Part shown: in pieces, positions 1 through 8,579 of the stretch
How positions within the stretch are numbered: the stretch's first letter is position 1
Layout of the letters: each line of letters begins with the position of its first letter
Origin: Luteolibacter sp.
GTDB lineage: Bacteria; Verrucomicrobiota; Verrucomicrobiia; Verrucomicrobiales; Akkermansiaceae
Direction: 5' to 3'
Assembly (NCBI GenBank): GCA_044358435.1
Contig: JBIKNX010000001.1
Span: forward strand, 1 to 37,050
Length of the DNA: 37,050 nucleotides
Position numbers and translations under genes: made by a program
Notes under the pieces: generated by a model
What the model saw: the letters and a program-made list of their open reading frames with translations, nothing else
The model's database searches: none
Told to the model about the DNA's origin: nothing

Positions 1-30
1 CTCCGCTTCTCGGTCGCGAGGGGAGAAGAA

Positions 31-222
31 TTTAACCACGAAAAGCACGAAGGACACGAAAGGAAGATGAGTGCTGGGTGTGGTTTTGGATTTGTGGGTG
101 AAGATTGCAGGCGGCTCTACAGATATTAAAGTTGGCTATTTCAAGATTGTAGTCTCGGGTGAGAATTTCTCATGAACGTAATTTTTATTCCTTTCGTGGG
201 CTTCGTGCTTTTCGTGGCTAAA
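31..222. repeat. Gene-less inverted-repeat element A (MITE/REP-like; 35-bp arms of 9-nt CACGAA units)
   Basis: Arm 31-65 TTTAACCACGAAAAGCACGAAGGACACGAAAGGAA matches the reverse complement of 188-222 at 32/35 positions. Confidence 0.85.
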
Positions 223-259
223 AATTTCTTCGCCTACGCTATCGCGCACGATGAAAATG

Positions 260-952
260 TTAGAGGCCTTTGAAGCCGCCGAATGCTTTATAGGTGCCTG
301 TGGGGACCGCGACAGGTCGCCATTCGCGGCCCAGGCGTCGGTATTTGGTGATGAACTGGGTTGGGTCCGCCCAGTTGCTCATGTTGGAAAGGACGCCGCT
401 GCGGTCCATACCGATGTAGATATTGTGACGCATTTCAAAATGGAGATGAGCCGGATACATGCCGCGGTTCGTGCCTATCGTGCCAATTTGTTGGCCACGT
501 TTGATGGATTGGCCGTTTTTCACGCTCATTTTGTCAAGGTGACCGTAGAGGGAATCGATAAATTTGACGGAGCCGCTGGATGGGTCCCGGTAGGCATGCC
601 GGATGAGCACGACATTTCCCCAACCGGCTCTGACATCGTGAGCGAACGTAACGATGCCATCGGCGCAAGAGTAAACCGGATCGCCAAGATCGGAGTTTCC
701 ACCGCTGCGTCCGTTCCAGTCTTCACCGAAGTGCTGGGGGGAGCGCAGGCGCAGGCCGCGGGCTTTGTAGTATCCGGTGCCGTTCGGCTTGCCGACCGGG
801 AAGTCGAAGCCATCGGCGATGTTGACTTTGGGTGCGGCGAGCGCGGTGGACGGGGCAAAAGCCGCCAGAAAGAGTGCGAGCAGAACACAAGAAAACATCG
901 GCCGACGGATTCGCCCGTATATGATCCGGATATTTCTGTGGAATCTTCTCAT
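260..952 (-). CDS. M23-family metallopeptidase (peptidoglycan endopeptidase), exported
   Basis: HFGED (HxxxD), YGHL and HLHFE (HxH) motifs; hydrophobic signal-like N-terminus. Start uncertain. Confidence 0.9.
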   Translation of the reverse strand: MRRFHRNIRIIYGRIRRPMFSCVLLALFLAAFAPSTALAAPKVNIADGFDFPVGKPNGTGYYKARGLRLRSPQHFGEDWNGRSGGNSDLGDPVYSCADGIVTFAHDVRAGWGNVVLIRHAYRDPSSGSVKFIDSLYGHLDKMSVKNGQSIKRGQQIGTIGTNRGMYPAHLHFEMRHNIYIGMDRSGVLSNMSNWADPTQFITKYRRLGREWRPVAVPTGTYKAFGGFKGL

Positions 953-993
953 CCGCGCTTAGTTGAGCCTTTGGAGGGAAGGTCGGGCAAGTT

Positions 994-1031
994 AAAAGAA
1001 AAACGGCGCGCCTTTGTGGGGCGCGCCGTTT
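994..1031 (-). terminator. Rho-independent terminator after the MFS gene
   Basis: Perfect 12-bp stem AAACGGCGCGCC (1001-1012) / GGCGCGCCGTTT (1020-1031), followed by a U-rich run on the minus strand. Confidence 0.85.
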
Positions 1032-1049
1032 GGGAAGAATTGATTGTGA

Positions 1050-2630
1050 TCAAGCCTTGCCTGAGGCCTCTTCAACCGTCAGCGGTTTGTATCCGCCGAT
1101 GGTTTTGAAGTAGAGGAACATCAGCAGGTAGATGACTGCCATACTGAGTGGAATGAAAGAATCAGCTTTGAGCGTGGCACGATCTCCTTTTTGGTCAGCA
1201 AGGACCACGGCTTTTTGGCTATCGGTTTTTTCCTTCGATTCTTTCGCCTCAGCCAGTTTCTTGCCATCGAGGCCGAAGGCCGCGGTGGCTGGAATATTGA
1301 GGAAAGTGGATGGTTTTTCCGCTTTATACTCTTGGTAGAGTGCGGCATCAGATTTTTTGAGTTCTTCTCCGGCAAAACGGTCTTTTGCGTAACCGAGGCC
1401 GGGACCGCCGATCAGTCCGGCAGAGAGCATTCCGATACCCCCCATGATGGACATCGCGACCGCACCAGTGTGTGGGAAGCGGTCACCGATCACGGCAAGC
1501 ATGGTTGGCCAGAAGAAGGTTTTGCCGACGGCGTAGATGCCCAGAGCGACCATTGCCACCGTGAAGGTCTGCATGCTGCTTGCGAGTGTGAGACCGACGA
1601 AGGCGATGACTGAAGAGGCAAAAAGCAGTCCAATGGGGGAGATTTTGAGCTTGGTTTCAATCCAGTGTGCGCAGAAGCGGAGTCCGAACATGATGGCTGA
1701 AGTCCAGAGGAAAAGGTATTTACCTTGTTCTGAGGAGAAAAGGTTGCCGGTGATATTCTGGATCCAGCCGTCAGTTCCGAGCTCAACAGCACCTACAAGA
1801 GCGTGGGTGATGAAGAGGGCGAACAGCAGGAACGAACCAATTGAAAATTTGGTCATGACCGCGACAATGATCAGAAGCAGGCCGCCGATTCCGTAACCGA
1901 TGAGGTTGGATTGTTCAGGGGATACGTTTTTGAAGATGTCACCAAAGAACAGGGCGAGAAGGTAGCAGGCTACGAGTGAGCCCAGGATACCGACGGATTT
2001 GAACATCTCAACAAAGCTCGCGCCTTTTTCAGCTGCTTCGGATTTGGGATATTTTTGTCCGAGGAACATCAGGCCGTAGATGGCGGTAGGGATGAGGTAG
2101 AGAGCCAGCTGGAGTTTCCAGTTGAGAGCCATTTTGTCGTCAAGGAGCCAGCCGGCGGCGACACCGAGGATCATACCTGCAGGCCATGCTGCGTGCACCA
2201 TGTTGAGGTAATGGGTGCGTTGTTTGGGGTAGAGAGTCGCGACGAGCGGGTTGGCGACGGCCTCAAGAATACCGTTAGCGAAAGCGAAGAGGAACATGCC
2301 CCAGAAGAGGAAGTCATAGGCATTTTGAGGTGTGCTTGCACCGAATGTGACGAAAGCGGACAGGATGTGGCAGAGGAGGGCGACGACCACCAGTTTGCCG
2401 TAACCGATTTTATCCACGATCACGCCGCCGATAATGATGCCGAAGCAGAAACCGGAGAAGCCAGCGCCGCCGATGGCACCAAGCTGTGCCGCGGTGAAGC
2501 CGAATTCCTTTGACCAGTTGTCGAAGATGCCGCCACGGATGGCGAAACCTACGCCAGCCGCGAGGATGGCGATGAATCCGGCCCAGAAGAGCCGGCTAGC
2601 GTTTGGTGCAATTGCGTCGTTATTACTCAT
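1050..2630 (-). CDS. MFS transporter (sugar/fucose-permease-like)
   Basis: Many hydrophobic segments; [12 protein letters not shown] resembles MFS motif A; [13 protein letters not shown]. Confidence 0.88.
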   Translation of the reverse strand: MSNNDAIAPNASRLFWAGFIAILAAGVGFAIRGGIFDNWSKEFGFTAAQLGAIGGAGFSGFCFGIIIGGVIVDKIGYGKLVVVALLCHILSAFVTFGASTPQNAYDFLFWGMFLFAFANGILEAVANPLVATLYPKQRTHYLNMVHAAWPAGMILGVAAGWLLDDKMALNWKLQLALYLIPTAIYGLMFLGQKYPKSEAAEKGASFVEMFKSVGILGSLVACYLLALFFGDIFKNVSPEQSNLIGYGIGGLLLIIVAVMTKFSIGSFLLFALFITHALVGAVELGTDGWIQNITGNLFSSEQGKYLFLWTSAIMFGLRFCAHWIETKLKISPIGLLFASSVIAFVGLTLASSMQTFTVAMVALGIYAVGKTFFWPTMLAVIGDRFPHTGAVAMSIMGGIGMLSAGLIGGPGLGYAKDRFAGEELKKSDAALYQEYKAEKPSTFLNIPATAAFGLDGKKLAEAKESKEKTDSQKAVVLADQKGDRATLKADSFIPLSMAVIYLLMFLYFKTIGGYKPLTVEEASGKA

Positions 2631-2754
2631 AAGTTTTTAATGGAGTTATTAAAGGTGAAGATGGGATTATCGGGTTAGCGCGGGGATGGCAAGAACTTCG
2701 GTGGGTCAATTTCGGGAAAATAATCTTGACTCTGCGGTCAATTTTCAAAAGCCG

Positions 2755-3468
2755 CTACAATGCCCCGAACCTTCTGTGGCGGGACTTGTATTCTTCGACG
2801 GCGGCGAAGAGGTCGCCTTGGCGGAAGTCCGGCCACATTTTCCGGACAATGACGATTTCCGAGTAGGAGATCTGCCAGAGAAGGAAATTGGAAAGGCGCA
2901 TTTCGCCCGAGGTGCGGATGAGGAGGTCGGGATCGGGGATGTCTTTGGTATAGAGATGTCGGGCGATGAGTTCGCCATCGATCTTGTCCGGGGCGATTTC
3001 ACCCGCCACGGCGGCTTTGGCGATGGCACGGACGGCGGCGGTGATTTCCTCACGTGCGCCGTAGGAAAGGGCGAGAACCAGGGTTATGGTTTGATGGTTC
3101 CTGGTCTGCTCCTGGATGCGATCCAGGCGGTTGCGCGTGGCGGCAGGGAGGCGGTCCAGATCGCCGATGGCTTTGAGGCGGATGTTCTGTTTGTCCAGCT
3201 CGTCGGCCTTATCATCGAGAAACCGATCCAGCAGTTTCATCAGGGCATCGACTTCGTTCTTTGGGCGGTTCCAGTTTTCCGAGGAAAAGGCGTAAAGCGT
3301 GAGATATTTCACACCGAGCTCGATACAGGCTTCCGTGACCTCGCGGATGGATTCGGCTCCGGCGCGATGACCCTCCGCCCGCGGGAGTCCACGTTCTTTC
3401 GCCCAGCGGCCGTTGCCGTCCATGATGATAGCGATGTGGGAAACCTGATGGTGGTTGGATGAGGTCAT
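2755..3468 (-). CDS. uppS: Undecaprenyl diphosphate synthase (isoprenyl transferase)
   Basis: HIAIIMDGNGRWA, YAFSSENWNRP, PDLLIRTSGEMRLSNFLLWQ and C-terminal RRFG. Confidence 0.97.
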   Translation of the reverse strand: MTSSNHHQVSHIAIIMDGNGRWAKERGLPRAEGHRAGAESIREVTEACIELGVKYLTLYAFSSENWNRPKNEVDALMKLLDRFLDDKADELDKQNIRLKAIGDLDRLPAATRNRLDRIQEQTRNHQTITLVLALSYGAREEITAAVRAIAKAAVAGEIAPDKIDGELIARHLYTKDIPDPDLLIRTSGEMRLSNFLLWQISYSEIVIVRKMWPDFRQGDLFAAVEEYKSRHRRFGAL

Positions 3469-3890
3469 GGTTCGTTTTCGGGTTGGAACATGCCGCCGTA
3501 GCCGGGTTTGTAGAGGAATAGAGGGGAGTGTTGCGCGATGATTTCGAAGTGGTTATCAACGGTGTATAAACGGACGTCGTCTTGAATCGCGATGGTGGCG
3601 ATGAGGATATCCATCCAGGGAAGGGAATGTCCGTTTTCGCGCAAACGCCAAGCAAGGGAACGCGCGTTTTCCCAGTCCGATTCCCGACATTGGCGGTAGG
3701 GAATCAGGGAAAAATAGTAAGAAAGATGTTTGCGCTCGTTTACCTTAGAACCACCGAGAACTTCCAGTCGGACGGGAGAACACCATTGAGCTTCGTAAAC
3801 ATCAAGCAGGCCATCGAGGGCTCGCTTGACTTCGATGCGTCCTTTTTTTCGGAAGCTCTCCATCCATACCGATGAATCGACCAGAACCAT
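3465..3890 (-). CDS. vapC: PIN-domain toxin (VapC family)
   Basis: VLVDSSVW, EVL, DILIATIA and YTVDNHF acidic PIN motifs; immediately downstream of a small antitoxin-like gene. Confidence 0.9.
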   Translation of the reverse strand: MVLVDSSVWMESFRKKGRIEVKRALDGLLDVYEAQWCSPVRLEVLGGSKVNERKHLSYYFSLIPYRQCRESDWENARSLAWRLRENGHSLPWMDILIATIAIQDDVRLYTVDNHFEIIAQHSPLFLYKPGYGGMFQPENEP

Positions 3891-3891
3891 T

Positions 3892-4122
3892 TCAGTCAGG
3901 GATGTAAGGAGGGAATGGATTGGTAGGATCCTCGCCGTTGTCGGTAGCTGGATCGGGATAGTCGAATGCGCTTTCGCGGATCAAACGACCAAATTCCTTG
4001 GCGCGTGTGCGGCGGACAAAATCTGTTACGGCACGTGCGACCGCTGGACTCTTGTTTTTATCCCCAGTGATTTCCAATAGATCCGCCAAAATGGCTTCAT
4101 CAATGTCTACGGTGATTCTCAT
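3892..4122 (-). CDS. vapB: VapB-family antitoxin (ribbon-helix-helix-like)
   Basis: MRITVDIDEAIL...KSPAVARAV N-terminus; 76 aa; 1 nt upstream of the PIN gene. Confidence 0.85.
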   Translation of the reverse strand: MRITVDIDEAILADLLEITGDKNKSPAVARAVTDFVRRTRAKEFGRLIRESAFDYPDPATDNGEDPTNPFPPYIPD

Positions 4123-4128
4123 GGAAGG

Positions 4129-4178
4129 AAAATAGCATCAAATTTCATCATTTCAAGAGACAAAATGATGAAATTTGA
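4129..4178 (-). promoter_or_regulatory. vapBC promoter with palindromic operator
   Basis: Perfect 16-bp inverted repeat TCAAATTTCATCATTT (4138-4153) / AAATGATGAAATTTGA (4163-4178), overlapping minus-strand TTGAAA-N16-TATTTT-N6-ATG. Confidence 0.7.
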
Positions 4179-4183
4179 GGATA

Positions 4184-5452
4184 TCAGAGACGCAAAGTCT
4201 GCTTGCGATCCGGTCCGACGCCGACGAATGCGATGGGAGCGTCGCAAAGTTCCGAGAGACGGGTGAGGTAAGCTTGGGCGTTTGGCGGCAGTTGGTCGTA
4301 GCTGGTGCACTCGGTGGTATCCTGTATCCAGCCGGGGAGGGTTTCGTAAATCGGTTTCGCGCGATCCCAGAACGAGCGGTCGGCGGGTGGAAGCTCGTGT
4401 CTGGTTCCATCGATGTCGTAGGCAACGCAGATTTTCAGATCCTCATATTCGTCGAGGCCATCGACATTGGTGACGGCGAGACCGGTGACGCCGTTGACCA
4501 TACAGGCGAAGCGCAGCAGGACCGTATCGAGCCAACCGCAGCCACGCGGGCGCCCCGTGGTCGCTCCGAACTCGCGGCCGAGGTTGTGGAGGTATTCGGA
4601 GAGACCTTCATCGCAGGTTGGGAAAGGACCGGAGCCGACGCGGGTGGTGTAGGCTTTGCAGACGCCGATGACCGATTCGATGGCCGTCGGCGGCAAGCCG
4701 GTGCCGGTGGTGGAACCGCCGGCGGTGGTGTTGGAAGAAGTGACGAAGGGATACGTGCCGAAATCGATGTCGAGCAATGTGCCTTGTGCGCCTTCGAAAA
4801 GGAGGTTTTTCTTTGCCTTCCATGCTTTGTGGAGGACAGGAATCGTGTTGGTCACGTGGGGGCGGAGGCGCTCGAAGGCCGCGTAGGTATCGGTGATCAC
4901 GGCATCCGCATGAAAGGTAGGGAGATCGTATTTCACCAGAATTTCGTTCACCTCGGCAACGCGGCGGGTGATCTGAGCTTCGGCAAAAGGACGGTCCAAG
5001 AGATCCGCCATGCGCAGGCCGCAACGGTTGACCTTATCGGCGTATGCCGGCCCGATTCCGCGTTTTGTGGTTCCGATTTTCTGATCGCCCAGAGAGATTT
5101 CACGGGCGGCATCGAGTTCCTTGTGGAAAGGTAAAACGACGTGTGCGCGATCGGAAATCAGGAGTTTCTCAGGGCAGATTTCGATGCCTTGGGCTTCGAT
5201 GCGTTCGATTTCGATGCAGAGGCCGATGGGATCGACGACGACGCCGTTGCCGATGACGTTGATTTTGTGATCCCAGAGAATGCCGGAGGGAAGCAGGTGA
5301 AGGACGTATTTGGTGCCTTTGGCGATGACGGTGTGGCCGGCGTTGTTGCCGCCTTGGCCGCGGATGACGACATCGGCGGACTCGGTGAGGTAGTCAACGA
5401 TTTTGCCTTTGCCTTCGTCGCCCCATTGGAGGCCGGTGATAACAGTGTTCAT
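4184..5452 (-). CDS. purA: Adenylosuccinate synthetase
   Basis: GLQWGDEGKGKIVD, GGNNAGHT, GTTKRGIGPAY, EGAQG and GATTGRPRGCGW. ATG at 5452 preferred over TTG at 5461. Confidence 0.98.
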   Translation of the reverse strand: MNTVITGLQWGDEGKGKIVDYLTESADVVIRGQGGNNAGHTVIAKGTKYVLHLLPSGILWDHKINVIGNGVVVDPIGLCIEIERIEAQGIEICPEKLLISDRAHVVLPFHKELDAAREISLGDQKIGTTKRGIGPAYADKVNRCGLRMADLLDRPFAEAQITRRVAEVNEILVKYDLPTFHADAVITDTYAAFERLRPHVTNTIPVLHKAWKAKKNLLFEGAQGTLLDIDFGTYPFVTSSNTTAGGSTTGTGLPPTAIESVIGVCKAYTTRVGSGPFPTCDEGLSEYLHNLGREFGATTGRPRGCGWLDTVLLRFACMVNGVTGLAVTNVDGLDEYEDLKICVAYDIDGTRHELPPADRSFWDRAKPIYETLPGWIQDTTECTSYDQLPPNAQAYLTRLSELCDAPIAFVGVGPDRKQTLRL

Positions 5453-5465
5453 GAATTTCAAATTT

Positions 5466-5501
5466 TTAACCGCAAATGAACGCGGATTGTGGCTGATTTT
5501 T
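5466..5501. repeat. Extra partial repeat arm next to the GxxExxY cassette
   Basis: TTAACCGCAAATGAACGCGGAT (5466-5487) is a direct partial copy of the arm starting at 5516. Confidence 0.75.
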
Positions 5502-5515
5502 TGGGATGTGGAAAG

Positions 5516-5966
5516 TTAACCGCGAATGAACGCGAATGGACGCTAATGAAGATTGGGTGGGTTGGAGTCTTTGGAGAGAACGACTCGTTCCCATTCCAGT
5601 CGTGGATTCTTGAAATTGATGATGAGTCCCAGTGGGAGTTTTGTGACGCGCAAGTAGTTGAGAACCTGGCCACGCTCGATATCAGTAATGCGATCGATGG
5701 TTTTAGTTTCGACGATGATTTTTTCGTGGGCGATGAGGTCGGGAATAAATTCGCCGACTTTCACTTGTTTCCAACTGACTGGATATCTCGGTTGTTGGAG
5801 AAATGGAATTCCTCTAAAACCGAATTCTACAACAAGGGAGTTTTCATAAATTTTTTCGTTTAGGCCGTGGCCATGACCGTTGGATATCTCCAGCGCGCAG
5901 GAGATAATCCCAAAGACTTCGTCTTTGAAAATTAATTCGCGTTCATTCGCGTTCATTCGCGGTTAA
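5516..5966. mobile_element. Putative mobile cassette: GxxExxY nuclease gene between 32-bp terminal inverted repeats
   Basis: 5516-5547 TTAACCGCGAATGAACGCGAATGGACGCTAAT matches the reverse complement of 5935-5966 at 30/32. Both outer ends are TTAA. The interior is visibly AT-richer than the flanks. Mobility is inferred. Confidence 0.65.
5543..5956 (-). CDS. GxxExxY protein (PD-(D/E)xK nuclease superfamily)
   Basis: GLNEKIY signature; PDLIAHEKIIVETK catalytic-type motif; QVLNYL and GLIINF. Confidence 0.93.
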   Translation of the reverse strand: MNANERELIFKDEVFGIISCALEISNGHGHGLNEKIYENSLVVEFGFRGIPFLQQPRYPVSWKQVKVGEFIPDLIAHEKIIVETKTIDRITDIERGQVLNYLRVTKLPLGLIINFKNPRLEWERVVLSKDSNPPNLH

Positions 5967-7110
5967 TCTTACTTGTCTCGATGAGTTCGGCGAAGTCGGT
6001 GAAAAAGTGAGACGCGTCATTCGGGCCGGGGGCGGCTTCCGGGTGGTATTGCACGGAGAAGATCGGCAGGGATTTGTGGCGCATGCCTTCGACGGTGTTG
6101 TCGTTGAGGTTGATGTGGGTGACTTCGATGTCGGCCGGTAGGGAATCGGGATCGACAGCAAAGCCGTGGTTTTGCGAGGTGATGGAGATTCTACCGGTGC
6201 GGAGATCTTTGACGGGTTGATTTCCGCCGCGATGACCGAATTTGAGTTTGAAGGTTTTTCCGCCGTAGGCGTGGGCGAGAAGTTGGTTGCCAAGGCAGAT
6301 GCCAAAAGTGGGGAGCCGGGTGATGAGTTGTTTGAGTTCCTTGTGAACGTAATCGAGCGCAGCCGGATCTCCGGGGCCGTTGGTGAGAAACAGACCGTCG
6401 GGGTTTTTCGCGAGGATTTCATCAGCGGAGGTTGTGGCTGGAACCACCTCGACCTCGAAGCCTGCCTGGCGCAGCATGCGGAGTTGGTTGAATTTCAGAC
6501 CGAAGTCGATGGCCACGACGCGGTATTTGACAGGTGGCAGTTCTTGGTAAGTTTCGGTTTCACCGATGGATGCGTTGGGAAGAGTCCATTTGCGGGATTC
6601 CTCCGACCAGAAGTAGGAGTGTTTGGTGGTGACTTCTTTGACGAAATCGGAGCCTTCCATCGGTGTGGAGTTTTTGGCAGCGGCGATGGCATCGGCTTCG
6701 GAAAGTTCGGTCGTGACGCAGGCGCGCATCGCGCCGAGTGAGCGAAGGTGTTTGGTGAGGGCCCGGGTGTCGATTCCTTCGATGCCGAGGATATCGTGGC
6801 GATGAAGATAAGAGGAAAGGCTTTCTTGGGAGCGCCAGTTTGACGGAATTTCACACAGCTCGCCGATGACAAACGCACGGATGTGAGGGCCTGCGGATTC
6901 GTTGTCTTCCTGGTTCACCCCGTAGTTGCCAATCATCGGGTAAGTCATCGCGACGATCTGGCCGCGGTAAGAAGGATCGGTGATCACTTCTTGATAACCT
7001 GTCATGGAGGTGTTGAAGCAAATTTCTCCGGTAGTGGTTCCGCTGGCTCCGAAAGAAATTCCGGAAAAGCAGCGTCCGTCTTCGAGGGCAAGGATAGCGG
7101 TCGTGGGCAC
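5953..7110 (-). CDS. carA: Carbamoyl-phosphate synthase small subunit
   Basis: GEICFNTSMTGYQEVITDPSY, NGPGDP, GICLG (catalytic Cys) and QYHPEAAPGP. GTG at 7110 is the likely start. Confidence 0.97.
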   Translation of the reverse strand: MPTTAILALEDGRCFSGISFGASGTTTGEICFNTSMTGYQEVITDPSYRGQIVAMTYPMIGNYGVNQEDNESAGPHIRAFVIGELCEIPSNWRSQESLSSYLHRHDILGIEGIDTRALTKHLRSLGAMRACVTTELSEADAIAAAKNSTPMEGSDFVKEVTTKHSYFWSEESRKWTLPNASIGETETYQELPPVKYRVVAIDFGLKFNQLRMLRQAGFEVEVVPATTSADEILAKNPDGLFLTNGPGDPAALDYVHKELKQLITRLPTFGICLGNQLLAHAYGGKTFKLKFGHRGGNQPVKDLRTGRISITSQNHGFAVDPDSLPADIEVTHINLNDNTVEGMRHKSLPIFSVQYHPEAAPGPNDASHFFTDFAELIETSKINRE

Positions 7111-7226
7111 GGGGCGGGAGGTTATGTACCTCAGGCGCGGGATGGAACACAAAATTTCAGGATAATTTTCGGAGTTTGGATCTTTTAACTCTGGGTCTAC
7201 AGTTGGCGGGCATATCGAGTGTGTTT

Positions 7227-7355
7227 AACCACGGAATGCACGGAATACACGGAGAAAGACAATACCGAAGGCTTGGAAACTAGCTTAACTCCATGGGTGT
7301 AATTGGGGTTCATGAAAGCCTTATCCATTCCGTGTACTCCGTGCATTCCGTGGTT
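7227..7355. repeat. Gene-less inverted-repeat element C (27-bp arms of 9-nt CACGGAAT units)
   Basis: 7227-7253 AACCACGGAATGCACGGAATACACGGA matches the reverse complement of 7329-7355 at 26/27; lies between divergent genes. Confidence 0.85.
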
Positions 7356-7451
7356 TGACATGCAGATTCGGGGTTTCACTTCTTGAATAGGGTGGATGGG
7401 GCTTTTGATGAAAGGGGTTGCAAACTCCTGCGGTGTATTGGAAACACCGGG

Positions 7452-8534
7452 ATGCAGCGCACCTTTGCAGAGTTGTTTCGGGCAGAGGCTTATCCACCGA
7501 TGAGTCATCCGGATGTCGATCCGGCGGTCAATGCCGAGGTCGCGAGGTTTTTCGGGCTGAGTGGACTTACGGTTGAGGGCGCGCGGATTTTGGAAATTGG
7601 CTGCGGAACGGGGCATCATTTACTTTCCGTAGCGAGCTTTTTGCCGACTGCGGAATGTGTGGGTGTGGATGTTTCCAAGCGACAGATCTCAAGAGCGAAG
7701 AATCTGGCGCGGCAAGCGCGGCTGAAAAATGTGAGTTTCTGTGAGAGTTCGATCCTGGATTACGCACCCGAAGGAAAGTTCGATTTCATCATCGCACATG
7801 GAGTTTTTTCGTGGGTGCCGGATGAGGTGAAGGTCGGAATGATGGATTTCATGGGTCAAAGACTCACGAAGCATGGCGTGGCGGTGATGAGTTTCAATGT
7901 TGCGGCAGGCTGGAAGGAGAGAATGCTCGTGGTTCAAAAAGTGCGAGCGGTTCAGGCAGCGGGAGGAGTGGATGAAATCACGGCGCTCGCCGTATTGAGG
8001 GATGTGGCTGATGCGCGAGAAGCGGAGATCGTGGATGACATGCTGGCCAAGCAAGCCGAGGTATTGGCATTTGACGATTTCGCGCCATTGATGGATCCGT
8101 GGTCTCTGGGAGCGGTGGTCAAACTTGCGGAATCAAGCGGATTGCGGTGGTTGGGTGATTCGGTGACCGGAGTGAAGGGCGATGATTTGACCGATGCGGA
8201 GAAGCGGACGACCTTTCGTTCCGAGATATTCTGTCGCAGCGATGTGACGCTTGGCGAATCCGTGCCTGTTCCGGTAAGGTCCGAGCTCGTCTTCTCCGTT
8301 CCGAATCATCCCAAACTTGATCCATGGCGGTTGGTTTGCGCGCAGGAATGCCTTCCATTGGTCGATCCAAAAATGAAATCCTGCATCTTTCCGTTTTCAC
8401 AACTCAAGGTTCTGGCTGCGATGGATGGCAGTCGTTCGGTCATGGCGTTGGCTGATTTTGCAAAAGAGGTGTCACCCGAACTGGATTTTGTTCCATGGTT
8501 GTGGTATGTGGCGCAACGGGGATTTTTCAGTTAG
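7452..8534 (+). CDS. Class I SAM-dependent methyltransferase
   Basis: RILEIGCGTG, VGVDVS and FDFIIAHGVFSWVP motifs. ATG at 7452 chosen as start. Confidence 0.88.
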   Translation: MQRTFAELFRAEAYPPMSHPDVDPAVNAEVARFFGLSGLTVEGARILEIGCGTGHHLLSVASFLPTAECVGVDVSKRQISRAKNLARQARLKNVSFCESSILDYAPEGKFDFIIAHGVFSWVPDEVKVGMMDFMGQRLTKHGVAVMSFNVAAGWKERMLVVQKVRAVQAAGGVDEITALAVLRDVADAREAEIVDDMLAKQAEVLAFDDFAPLMDPWSLGAVVKLAESSGLRWLGDSVTGVKGDDLTDAEKRTTFRSEIFCRSDVTLGESVPVPVRSELVFSVPNHPKLDPWRLVCAQECLPLVDPKMKSCIFPFSQLKVLAAMDGSRSVMALADFAKEVSPELDFVPWLWYVAQRGFFS

Positions 8535-8579
8535 GATTTCAAAATTGCTGGAATCTCATAAAAACCAAACGAATTTGAC

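Noticed and set aside
251-1108. 285-aa plus-strand ORF
   Set aside because: Antisense shadow of the M23 peptidase gene with no recognisable motifs.
4175-5134. 319-aa plus-strand ORF, and similar ones at 2686-3462, 15947-16873 and 21750-22601
   Set aside because: Antisense shadows of well-supported genes, expected in GC-rich DNA.
5466-5966. CRISPR array
   Set aside because: Only 2-3 short tandem units in inverted arms, with no repeat-spacer periodicity and no cas genes.
7197-7619. 140-aa minus-strand ORF with NHGMHGVHG and SVYSVHSVV repeats
   Set aside because: The peptide repeats are just translations of element C's arms, and the ORF overlaps the methyltransferase antisense.
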